A stretch of DNA of 39,851 nt from an uncultured Clostridia bacterium (GTDB taxonomy: Bacteria > Bacillota > Clostridia > TANB77 > CAG-508), in the NCBI GenBank assembly GCA_944386125.1, contig CALWZX010000002.1, forward strand, positions 1 through 39,851, in the 5' to 3' direction. Position numbers and translations under genes: made by a program. The notes under the pieces were generated by a model that was not told where the DNA came from, searched no databases, and saw only the letters and a list, made by a program, of their open reading frames with translations. How positions within the stretch are numbered: position 1 is the first letter of the stretch; each line of letters opens with the position of its first letter. Below, piece by piece: positions 1-7,999 of this stretch.

Positions 1-32
1 ATATCACGAAAATTTAAGAAAATTCGTGATAT
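1..32. repeat. 10-bp perfect inverted repeat ATATCACGAA / TTCGTGATAT with a 12-nt spacer, at the window edge; function unknown (hairpin or operator)
   Basis: Read directly: 1-10 is the reverse complement of 23-32. Confidence 0.5.
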
Positions 33-55
33 AATCTTTGCAAAATAAGTTTAAT

Positions 56-124
56 CTCCAATAAAAATAATATCAAGGGTAAATGAACTCACTTTGTTCA
101 CTCTTGACATTATTTCTATTGGAG
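56..124. repeat. Long imperfect inverted repeat (22-nt arms, 20/22 complementary) enclosing a small inner hairpin; function unknown
   Basis: CTCCAATAAAAATAATATCAAG (56-77) against the reverse complement of CTTGACATTATTTCTATTGGAG (103-124). Both mismatches become G-U wobbles if transcribed from the minus strand. Inner hairpin is TGAAC (84-88) / GTTCA (96-100). Confidence 0.5.
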
Positions 125-184
125 ATTTTATATTAGTTAAGCAAATGTAAGGATAAATATATTTGGCAAAGAGTGACGAATTCG

Positions 185-213
185 TTGATAAATAAAGGAT
201 TTTATGATACAAT
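185..213 (+). promoter_or_regulatory. Putative sigma-A promoter for the 245 ORF
   Basis: TTGATA (185-190), 17-nt spacer containing TGn (205-207), TACAAT (208-213). Lies 32 nt upstream of the ATG at 245. The ACGAATTCGT palindrome (174-183) abuts the -35. Confidence 0.5.
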
Positions 214-244
214 ATGAATCAATGACTGATAAAGGAATTAAAAA

Positions 245-697
245 ATGAATAAAGAAGAAATAATAAGTGTAGTAAAAGAGTATGTTAAAAATGAATGTTT
301 TAATGATTCGACAGGTCATGATTGGTGGCATATTCAAAGAGTCTATAACAATGCGATGTTAATTAATAAGAAAGAAAATGCAGATGAATTTATAATAACA
401 ATAATTGTTTTAATGCATGACTTATGTGATAGAACACCAATAAAGTATCAATTAACGATACCAAGTTACTATAATACAAAATTATTAAAAGATAAAAGTT
501 ATGACTTTTTCTATTTAAAAGATGAATTGTACAAAATAGGAATTATAGAAATGAAAACTCCTTATGGAAATAAAATCAGAGTATACAATTTAGAAAGAAC
601 AATTTGCGATATTATTAGAAACAAAACAAGAATAGAAATAGCGTTATTTACAGATACAATGAAAAGATATGCAGAAAGAAAATATAGAAAAATATAA
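245..697 (+). CDS. Chimeric/truncated ORF: N-terminal third of an HD phosphohydrolase joined to a C-terminal fragment resembling an AbiEi-type antitoxin
   Basis: aa 1-62 carry GHDWWH...LMHDLCD, an HD motif as in YedJ-like proteins. The rest (YKIGIIEMKTPYGNKIRVYNLERTICDIIRNK...) matches my memory of AbiEi C-terminal regions. At 150 aa it is too short for a full HD protein (compare the 212-aa ORF at 1952). RBS AAAGGAA. Confidence 0.5.
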   Translation: MNKEEIISVVKEYVKNECFNDSTGHDWWHIQRVYNNAMLINKKENADEFIITIIVLMHDLCDRTPIKYQLTIPSYYNTKLLKDKSYDFFYLKDELYKIGIIEMKTPYGNKIRVYNLERTICDIIRNKTRIEIALFTDTMKRYAERKYRKI

Positions 698-728
698 TTT
701 AAAGGAAGTTAGCTGACTTTTATAGAAA

Positions 729-764
729 GACAGATTAACATAAATTAAATATGCTTAGTCTGTC
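729..764 (+). terminator. Hairpin between the 245 ORF and the Qng1-like gene; possible weak terminator with no U-tract
   Basis: GACAGATTAA (729-738) pairs with TTAGTCTGTC (755-764), giving 10 bp including one G-U, with a 16-nt loop. It is followed by ATATATAAG rather than a T-run. Confidence 0.3.
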
Positions 765-793
765 ATATATAAGTATTGATATAAATAATAAGA

Positions 794-1741
794 TTGGAGA
801 TAACTATAGTGTTAGATAAAATAAGTAAAAGTTGCAAATATGTTGCTGACAACTCAAAATCAGTTAAAATAAATGAAATAAATCTAGATAAATTTATAGA
901 AAAAATTAAGAAAGTAGAAACTGAACATTGGTTAGCCTTTTCTCCATATAGTTTATTAGATTTACCAATAGAGACAATAATAAACTTTTTGTTAGTATAT
1001 GAAGCGATAGATTTTTCATTTTGGGGAAATCCTAAGTGGACAATAAATACAGAGAATGGAAAAGAAGATGGAAGTATTGCACTGTTATATGCAATATTAA
1101 AGTATGTAAAAGAAAGAAATACTACTGATTTTTCTAATATAACTAAAGAAGAATTTAAAGAAATGTTAAAAGGAAATATAGAGATTCCATTATTTGAAGA
1201 AAGATATCATATTATAAGAGATGTTAGTAAAATAGTAAATGAAAATATGAATGGCAATTTTTACGAGTTTATAAAAGGCATTACCATAGATATGGAGTTA
1301 TTTAATATAATAATAAAATACTTTCCTAATTTTAAGGATGAAAGAAAATACAGAGAAAAAACAATATATTTTTATAAATTAGCACAATTATTAACGTCAG
1401 ATATTTTACATATAAGAGAACGAAAAGAAAATATAAAAGTGGATTATTCCCACTTAGTAGGATGTAGCGATTATAAAATTCCACAAGTAATGCGAGGCTT
1501 AGGAATATTAGAATACAATGACAAACTATCTAATATTATAGATAACAAAAAAGAAATAGAAGTAAATTCAGAATATGAAGTAGAAATAAGAGCTAATATG
1601 CTTGTAGCAATTGACTTAATAAAAAAGAAATTAGAAAATAAAGTATGTGCAATTGATATTAATGATTATATTTGGAGTCAAGGAAGAAATAAAACTATGG
1701 AGTTAAAGCCATATCATCTGACTAGAAATACTAACTATTAA
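794..1741 (+). CDS. Queuosine salvage family protein (DUF2419/Qng1-like, queuosine-5'-phosphate N-glycosylase family)
   Basis: Motifs FSFWGNPKW, YKLAQLLTSDI, SDYKIPQVMRGLGILEY, EYEVEIRA and C-terminal KPYHLTRNTNY match my recollection of DUF2419. The likely true start is GTG 809 (GGAG at 797-800), in frame with the TTG at 794. Confidence 0.7.
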   Translation: MEITIVLDKISKSCKYVADNSKSVKINEINLDKFIEKIKKVETEHWLAFSPYSLLDLPIETIINFLLVYEAIDFSFWGNPKWTINTENGKEDGSIALLYAILKYVKERNTTDFSNITKEEFKEMLKGNIEIPLFEERYHIIRDVSKIVNENMNGNFYEFIKGITIDMELFNIIIKYFPNFKDERKYREKTIYFYKLAQLLTSDILHIRERKENIKVDYSHLVGCSDYKIPQVMRGLGILEYNDKLSNIIDNKKEIEVNSEYEVEIRANMLVAIDLIKKKLENKVCAIDINDYIWSQGRNKTMELKPYHLTRNTNY

Positions 1742-1951
1742 TGAAGTCTCAAATTATATAAGTAAAAATACAGAATTAAAAAATTATGAAGAAATCACCA
1801 TCAGATATGAATAAAAATGATAAAATGGAATGCATTATCAAATACATACAAATCAATTTTAAATTTAAATAAATAGCAAGAGAAAAATATAAATCTATGA
1901 TATAGTAAAAACATAATATAAATAAAATTTGAAAAAGGAGTAATTATAGAT

Positions 1952-2590
1952 ATGATTTTGGAAAATAATAGTATAAATTCAGAATTAATAAAATATATAG
2001 AAAATGAAATATTTCCGTTATATAATAGAAATGAAGAAGGACATGGAATAGAACATATAAAAACGGTAATAAAAAGAAGTCTAGAATTGGCAAAAAATTA
2101 TGATGTTAATTTAGATATGGTTTATACAATAGCGGCCTATCATGATTTAGGGCATTGTATAGATAGAAAAATACATGAAATAATATCTGCAGAAATTTTT
2201 ATAAAAGATGAGAAAATAAAAAAATGGTTTACAGATGAACAAAGAAACATAATAAAAGAAGCAATAGAAGATCATAGAGCTTCAAGTAATCATAAACCTA
2301 GAAGTATATATGGAATGATTATAAGTACGGCAGATAGAACAATTGTAGACATAGATAATGCTATAAAAAGAACATATTCATATGGAAAAAGAAATTATGT
2401 AGGTTTATCTGAGGAAGAACACATAGAAAGAGTTTATCAACATTTAACAGAAAAATATGGAGAAAATGGATATGCAAAAATATATTTAGAAGATAAAGAA
2501 TTTGATGAAGCTATAAAAAAATTAAGACAAGCATTAGCTAATAAGGAAGAATTTATTAAAAGAGTAAAAGAAGTAATAAAAACGATATAA
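1952..2590 (+). CDS. HD-domain metal-dependent phosphohydrolase
   Basis: 212-aa ORF with GHGIEHIKTV...AAYHDLGH...ISTADR (H..HD..D pattern). GGAG upstream. Confidence 0.8.
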   Translation: MILENNSINSELIKYIENEIFPLYNRNEEGHGIEHIKTVIKRSLELAKNYDVNLDMVYTIAAYHDLGHCIDRKIHEIISAEIFIKDEKIKKWFTDEQRNIIKEAIEDHRASSNHKPRSIYGMIISTADRTIVDIDNAIKRTYSYGKRNYVGLSEEEHIERVYQHLTEKYGENGYAKIYLEDKEFDEAIKKLRQALANKEEFIKRVKEVIKTI

Positions 2591-2639
2591 ATTCAGAAAA
2601 AATTATTGATATCAATCAGGAAGGTTTAATATAAGATTA

Positions 2640-2666
2640 CCAGTGTCTGAAAAGACACTGGTTTTT
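2640..2666 (+). terminator. Rho-independent terminator after the HD gene
   Basis: CCAGTGTC (2640-2647), loop TGAAAA, GACACTGG (2654-2661), then TTTTT (2662-2666). A second hairpin, GTAGAAAA/TTTTCTAC, follows at 2670-2690. Confidence 0.8.
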
Positions 2667-2787
2667 AAAGTAGAAAACTTGCTTTTCTACATGAAATAGT
2701 ATAAGATATAACCTATAGAAATGAGAATGTACAAATTTTTGATAAAAGAGAAGAAAAAGTTAAAAAATAAGAAAGTAGGAAATATTG

Positions 2788-3696
2788 ATGGAAAAGAATA
2801 TAAACAAAAATACGAAATTTTATATGGATATTGGATCTTCTACAATAAAATTATATAAATATAATACAGAATTAAAACAAATAAGAGAAAAATCCATATT
2901 ATTTAAGAAAAATTACACGGAAGAAGGAATTAACAAAGAGCATTTGCAAGAATTAATAGGATTTATTCAATTAATACAAGAAGAATATCCATTAAATAAT
3001 GAAAATACTGAGATATATGCAACAGGAATATGGAGAAAAATACCTGATAAACAATTACAAGAAGTAAAAAATAAATTTCAGGAACAAAATTTATTTTTTA
3101 ATGTCATTACTCATGAACAAGAAAATGATTATTTTGAAAAAGCAATGCATGGAGATTATAATAACAAAAGAGTTATGATGGTAAATATGGGAGGAAAAAC
3201 TACAGAATTAGTAATATTTGCGAACAATCAAGTAGAGAAAAAAGTAAACTTAGATATTGGAGTAGGAGATATTAATGAAGCCTTTCCAAAAATAAATGAG
3301 GTAAGTTGCCATATAAAGCAAGAAGAAATAATAGATTATATCTTAAATAGAATAAAAAATGTAAATATAAATTATAATTGTGAGATAGCTATACATACAG
3401 GAGGAGAATTAAGATTTCAAAAATTAGTAAAATATAATTTACAAAAAAATGAATTCTTTAAAGATGGAATACATAAGTTATATGTAACTTATGAAGATTT
3501 TGACAAGAAGAATAAAGAATTATTATACAATACAAAACTAGAAGATTTATATAAATTGTTGCCAGAAAATCCTAAATGGATGGACGGTGCAAAGGCAGGT
3601 GCTATATTAGGACAAGCTATATTTAAAAAAGCGAATATAAAGTATATTATTCCATCTGATTTAAATTTAATTCATGGAGTTATAAAGAATAACTAA
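2788..3696 (+). CDS. Ppx/GppA-like ASKHA-fold phosphatase/NTPase
   Basis: DIGSSTIKLY, ATGIWRK, NMGGKTTEL and HTGGELRF resemble the phosphate-binding loops of exopolyphosphatase/GppA-family proteins. I prefer ATG 2788 over the track's TTG 2785. Confidence 0.55.
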   Translation: MEKNINKNTKFYMDIGSSTIKLYKYNTELKQIREKSILFKKNYTEEGINKEHLQELIGFIQLIQEEYPLNNENTEIYATGIWRKIPDKQLQEVKNKFQEQNLFFNVITHEQENDYFEKAMHGDYNNKRVMMVNMGGKTTELVIFANNQVEKKVNLDIGVGDINEAFPKINEVSCHIKQEEIIDYILNRIKNVNINYNCEIAIHTGGELRFQKLVKYNLQKNEFFKDGIHKLYVTYEDFDKKNKELLYNTKLEDLYKLLPENPKWMDGAKAGAILGQAIFKKANIKYIIPSDLNLIHGVIKNN

Positions 3697-3709
3697 AGGA
3701 GAAAAAGTA

Positions 3710-4186
3710 ATGGAGATATGGGATGTTTTAGATAGTGATGGTAAAAAAACGGGAAAAACAATGGATAAAATAATAAAAATTGGATTAGGAATTATGATAA
3801 AAAATGAAAATAAAGTTTTACTAGGACATAGATGTGAAAATTATGGTGATACAGGTGGTATATATGAACCAGGAAGTTGGACATTTCCAGGAGGAAAACA
3901 AGAATATGATGAAACTATATTTGAAGGAGCTATCAGGGAAACAAAGGAAGAAACTAACTTAGATATATCAGAATTAGAAATATTTAATGCTATAGATGAT
4001 ATTCAACCTAATAAACACTATATTACTATTCAAATAATTGCTAATCAATTTTCAGGCGAATTAAAAAATTTAGAGCCAAAAAAACATAGTGAATGGAAAT
4101 GGTTTTCATTAGATAATTTACCAAAAAATCTATATACTCCAACTAAAGAATTTATAGAAAAATATTTAGAGAATACAAAAAAGTAG
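3710..4186 (+). CDS. Nudix hydrolase (1 of 4)
   Basis: Nudix box GGKQEYDETIFEGAIRETKEETNL (GX5EX7REUXEEXGU). GGAG lies 8 nt upstream. Confidence 0.85.
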   Translation: MEIWDVLDSDGKKTGKTMDKIIKIGLGIMIKNENKVLLGHRCENYGDTGGIYEPGSWTFPGGKQEYDETIFEGAIRETKEETNLDISELEIFNAIDDIQPNKHYITIQIIANQFSGELKNLEPKKHSEWKWFSLDNLPKNLYTPTKEFIEKYLENTKK

Positions 4187-4216
4187 ATAAGTAATATTAT
4201 ATAAAGGAGAAAAAAC

Positions 4217-4675
4217 ATGATACTTTCAACAGTATGCTATATAGAAAAAGAAGGAAAATACTTAATGTTACATAGAACTAAGAAGAAAAAAGATATAAGC
4301 AAAGATAAATGGATAGGGATAGGTGGAAAATTGGAAAAGGACGAAAGTCCAGAAGAGTGTATAATAAGAGAAGTCAAAGAAGAAACAGGGTTACAATTAC
4401 AATCATATAAGCTAAGATGCATAGTAACATATGTATCTACTACTTGGGAAACAGAATATATGTATGTGTTTACTTCAAATGATTTTACAGGAGATTTAAT
4501 AGAATGCAATGAAGGAGATTTACAATGGATTGATAAAACAGAGATTACAAAGTTAAATACTTGGGAAGGCGACAAAATTTTTATAGAAAAAATACAAAAA
4601 GATAATAGCTTTTTTACAATTAAATTTGAATATGACGGAGAAAAATTAGTAAGATATGATTTACAAGAATATTAG
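4217..4675 (+). CDS. Nudix hydrolase, MutT-like (2 of 4)
   Basis: Nudix box GGKLEKDESPEECIIREVKEETGL. The size and layout resemble 8-oxo-dGTP diphosphatase-type proteins. GGAG RBS. Confidence 0.8.
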   Translation: MILSTVCYIEKEGKYLMLHRTKKKKDISKDKWIGIGGKLEKDESPEECIIREVKEETGLQLQSYKLRCIVTYVSTTWETEYMYVFTSNDFTGDLIECNEGDLQWIDKTEITKLNTWEGDKIFIEKIQKDNSFFTIKFEYDGEKLVRYDLQEY

Positions 4676-4692
4676 ATAATTATGGAGGAATC

Positions 4693-5274
4693 ATGGAAGA
4701 GATAATCATTGCTTCAGAAAATAAAGGGAAAATTAAAGAAGCACAAGAAATATTAAAAGAATTTAGAATAGTTTCAATGCAAGAAAAGGGTGTAGAAATA
4801 GATATTCAAGAAGACCAACCATCTTTTGAAGAAAATGCAATAAAAAAAGCAGAAACAATAGCAAAAGTACTAAAGGGAAAATGGTGTATTGCGGATGATT
4901 CTGGAATAGAAATAGAATATCTAGATGGTTTCCCAGGAGTGTTTACTAAGAGATGGCATAAAGGTACAGACCGTGAAAGAAATTTAGCAATATTAGAAAA
5001 ATTGAAAGGAATTCCAAAAGAAAAAAGAAAGATACAATTTATTACAGCTATTGCTGTATCGAACGGGGAAAATACAATTTGCGAAACAGGAAAAATAGAA
5101 GGTTTTGTATCAGAAGAAACAAGAGGAAAAAATGGTTTTGGATTTGATGAAATATTTGAACTAGGAAATGGAAGAACTTTGGCAGAACTATCACAAGAAG
5201 AAAAAAATGCAATAAGTGCAAGAAAAATAGCTTTAGAAAAAGTGAAACAAAAAATACTAGAAAAAGGATTATAA
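4693..5274 (+). CDS. rdgB: RdgB/HAM1-family non-canonical purine NTP pyrophosphatase (XTP/dITP diphosphatase)
   Basis: IIIASENKGKIKEA, ADDSGIEIEYLDGFPGVFTKRW, GFGFDEIF and EEKNAISARKIAL are classic HAM1 motifs. GGAGG RBS. Confidence 0.85.
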   Translation: MEEIIIASENKGKIKEAQEILKEFRIVSMQEKGVEIDIQEDQPSFEENAIKKAETIAKVLKGKWCIADDSGIEIEYLDGFPGVFTKRWHKGTDRERNLAILEKLKGIPKEKRKIQFITAIAVSNGENTICETGKIEGFVSEETRGKNGFGFDEIFELGNGRTLAELSQEEKNAISARKIALEKVKQKILEKGL

Positions 5275-5300
5275 AAATTATAGTTAGAAAGTGAGAAAAT

Positions 5301-6381
5301 ATGCTAAAAGATTTATGTTTTGAGATAATACAAACATGTCCCAATCATTGCAAATTTTGTTCTTCCAACTCATCAAAAAATAAACAAACAATTATTACAT
5401 TAGAACAATATAAAAAAACAATTATGCATTTTATAAGGCAAGGAGGAATAGAAGAAATATCCATTTCAGGAGGAGAACCCTTTTTACATCCTGATTTAAT
5501 GGAAATGATAAAATTGAATAAAGCCAATGGAATCAGAACAGTTGTATTTACTAGTGGAATAAAGAGAGCTTCTCGGTATGCCACCAGAGATGATAGAATA
5601 TATAAAGAATAAATGTCAGCAAGATTTACAAGAAATAGAAGAACATGAGGCATGGAATGAAAGATTAAAAAGAAATGTTAAAGCTTATTATGATAGATGG
5701 CTTGCTCCAAAGGAATTTGAAGCAATAACAAGAGAAGAATTTGAAAAACTAAGAGAACTAGGTTTAGATAAAATTGTATTTGATTGGCAGGCCCTAGATG
5801 AAGAAGTAGATAATGAACTAATGGGAAGAAGAGGTTTAATTACCTGTTTAATGGATTCTTTAATAAGAGCGCGTGGTATAGGACTAAATGTAGATATACA
5901 CTTTATTCCTATGAAACCAAACTATAGGCAATTTCCAGATATATTAGAATGTTTAGAAATAGCAGATATACAAAATATTAGTATACTGAATTTTGTACCA
6001 CAAGGAAGAGGAAGAGTATACAAAGAAGAGTTAATGCTAAATGAAGAAGAATTAAAAGAATTTTCAGAAATAGTAAAAAAATCAAAAGAACATTATAGTG
6101 GAAATATTAGGATTGGAATTCCTTTAAATGGAAGAATGTCACATTTGTGTACAGCTGGAACAGAAAAATTAGATATAAAATATGATGGAACAATACTACC
6201 TTGCCCAGCATTTAAAGAAATGAGTATGGAAACAATGCAAAAGTATGGAATAAAATTATATAGCATATATGATGATTTAGAAAGGGTAGTAATACCTGGA
6301 GGAAAAAGAAAAGAACCATTATGTAAAAAAATATATGGATTTAAAGGTGATTTAACAGAAAGTGAAGAGGTAGAAAAATAA
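5301..6381 (+). pseudogene. Radical SAM protein with a twitch/SPASM-like C-terminus, interrupted by a +1 frameshift (track ORFs 5301-5612 and 5578-6381)
   Basis: CPNHCKFC (CxxxCxxC) and SGGEPF lie in the first ORF. The rest of the barrel and HLCTAGTEKLDIKYDGTILPCP lie in the second. The second frame opens only after TAA at 5560-5562 and its ATG has no RBS, so the switch must lie within 5563-5612, probably in AAAGAGAG at 5561-5568. Confidence 0.7.
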
Positions 6382-6962
6382 TGAAATGGGAAGAAAAAAT
6401 AGAAAATTATAAGCCATATAATGAGCAAGAAGAAAAAGATAAACAGACTATATTACAATATATACACACATTCGATGATGTATTTACGAGAAATAATGAA
6501 TTTGGACATTTTACAGCTTCATCTTGGGTAGTTAATAAAGAAAGAACGAAAGTACTTATGATATATCATAATATATATCAATCATGGGCATGGACAGGAG
6601 GACATGCTGATGGAGAAGAAAATTTATTATCTACAGCTATTCGAGAATTAAAAGAAGAAACCGGAGTAGAAAATGTTAAAGTACTAGATGAGGATATATT
6701 TTCATTGGAAATTATATGCGTGAATGGACATGTAAAGAAAGGAAAATATGTATCATCTCATGTACATCTAAACTTAACATATCTCTTGGAGGTAGATGAA
6801 AAAGAAATTCTAAGAGTAAAAGAGGATGAAAATAGCGGTGTAAAATGGGTTAATATAGAAGATGTAGAAAAGGTATCAAACGAAAAGTGGATTGTAGAAA
6901 ATGTATATAAAAAATTAAACGAAAAACTAAAAATAGAACATAGAAAGAAAGGTTGTATATGA
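6381..6962 (+). CDS. Nudix hydrolase (3 of 4)
   Basis: GGHADGEENLLSTAIRELKEETGV. The ATG overlaps the upstream stop (TAATG at 6379-6383). Confidence 0.85.
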   Translation: MKWEEKIENYKPYNEQEEKDKQTILQYIHTFDDVFTRNNEFGHFTASSWVVNKERTKVLMIYHNIYQSWAWTGGHADGEENLLSTAIRELKEETGVENVKVLDEDIFSLEIICVNGHVKKGKYVSSHVHLNLTYLLEVDEKEILRVKEDENSGVKWVNIEDVEKVSNEKWIVENVYKKLNEKLKIEHRKKGCI

Positions 6963-7558
6963 AAAAAGTATTATTTGCAACAACAAATTTAGCAAAAGTA
7001 AAAAAATATAAAGAGCAATTAGAAGAAAAGGGAATAGAGTTAATTACTATAAAAGATTTAAAAAATCAATTACCTATCAATGAAAATGGAAAAAATGCCA
7101 TTGAAAATGCCTATATCAAAGCAAAAGCATATTATGATATGGTAAAAATACCTACGATAGGAATGGATAATAATTTATTTATAGAAGAGTTGCCAGATGA
7201 GAAGCAACCAGGAACTTATGTAAGAAGAGTCAATGGAAAAGAATTAAGTGACGAGGAAATGATTACTTATTATACCAATTTAGTGAAAAATTATGGAGGA
7301 AAATTAACAGCAAAATGGGTATATGGAATGGTAATTTGTAATGGGAAAAATACAAAAGAGTATTCATGGAGTAAAGACCATTTCTATTTTGTAGATAAAC
7401 CATCAGAAAAAAGAAATCCAGGATATCCATTGGACTCTATTACGATTGTTCCAGAATTTAATCAATATTTAGTAGAGCTAACTACAGAGGAAAAAGAACA
7501 ATATAAAGCAAAAGATAATATTGATGAGGTAGTGAACTTTATTGTTCAAAATGTATAA
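6959..7558 (+). CDS. Divergent HAM1/ITPase-like protein
   Basis: N-terminal VLFATTNLAKVKKYKEQL and GMDNNLFIEEL...PGTYVRR resemble the HAM1 ATxNxxK and DSGL...PG.Y..R motifs. ATG 6959 overlaps the upstream stop (ATGA at 6959-6962). The track's TTG at 6953 is less likely. Confidence 0.55.
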   Translation: MKKVLFATTNLAKVKKYKEQLEEKGIELITIKDLKNQLPINENGKNAIENAYIKAKAYYDMVKIPTIGMDNNLFIEELPDEKQPGTYVRRVNGKELSDEEMITYYTNLVKNYGGKLTAKWVYGMVICNGKNTKEYSWSKDHFYFVDKPSEKRNPGYPLDSITIVPEFNQYLVELTTEEKEQYKAKDNIDEVVNFIVQNV

Positions 7559-7573
7559 AATAGGAGTATCAAA

Positions 7574-7999
7574 ATGAAAAAATTAAATGTCATATTAGTA
7601 TATAATAAAGAAGAAGATAAGATTCTCATGTGTAAGCGAGAAAAAGCCCCATATAAAGGAAAATTGAATTTAGTAGGTGGTAAAGTAGAACAAAATGAAG
7701 ATGAATTACATGCAGCATATAGAGAATTACAAGAAGAAACGGGAATAACAGAGCATGACATTACTTTAACTCACATGATGAATTTTCAATATACAATCTC
7801 AGATATGGAGTTAGAAGTATATGCGGGAAAATTAAATAAAGAAGTTGAATTAAGAGAAGAAATAAATAAGTTATATTGGATTAGTAAAAATGAAAATTTC
7901 TTTGATAATCATCAATTTGCAGGAGAAGGAAATATAGGACATATGTTGCAACAAGCAGAGATTCATAAAGAAAAATTATTGGGAGGAGATGAACAATAA
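7574..7999 (+). CDS. Nudix hydrolase (4 of 4)
   Basis: GGKVEQNEDELHAAYRELQEETGI. GGAG lies 7 nt upstream. Confidence 0.85.
   Translation: MKKLNVILVYNKEEDKILMCKREKAPYKGKLNLVGGKVEQNEDELHAAYRELQEETGITEHDITLTHMMNFQYTISDMELEVYAGKLNKEVELREEINKLYWISKNENFFDNHQFAGEGNIGHMLQQAEIHKEKLLGGDEQ

Noticed and set aside
245-697. An intact AbiE-type defence/toxin-antitoxin system
   Set aside because: Only a C-terminal AbiEi-like fragment is present, fused to an HD fragment. No AbiEii nucleotidyltransferase toxin gene follows, so this is at most a remnant.
698-793. Possible preQ1 riboswitch upstream of the Qng1-like gene
   Set aside because: I looked for the preQ1-I/II hallmarks: a short C-rich hairpin followed by an A-rich tail ending ...ACUA that overlaps the SD. 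I found only an AU-rich 10-bp hairpin (729-764), which does not fit.
1786-1872. 28-aa ORF (MKKSPSDMNKNDKMECIIKYIQINFKFK) in the 210-nt gap before the HD gene
   Set aside because: It has no RBS, no recognisable family and AT-rich composition. It is indistinguishable from chance.
2670-2690. Second hairpin (GTAGAAAA/TTTTCTAC) after the HD-gene terminator, as a separate regulatory RNA
   Set aside because: The stem is short and AU-rich with no U-tract, and there is no conserved-looking context. It is probably just part of the terminator region.
5563-5612. Programmed +1 ribosomal frameshifting at rare CGG codons. CGG occurs at or near all three frameshift junctions: 5574-5576, 10603-10605 and 21755-21757.
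   Set aside because: In at least two of the three cases the CGG is what out-of-frame reading of C+GGN glycine codons produces (ctC GGt, aaC GGa), so it lies after the real shift point. I saw no slippery P-site or stimulatory element. Simple indels are the more economical explanation.
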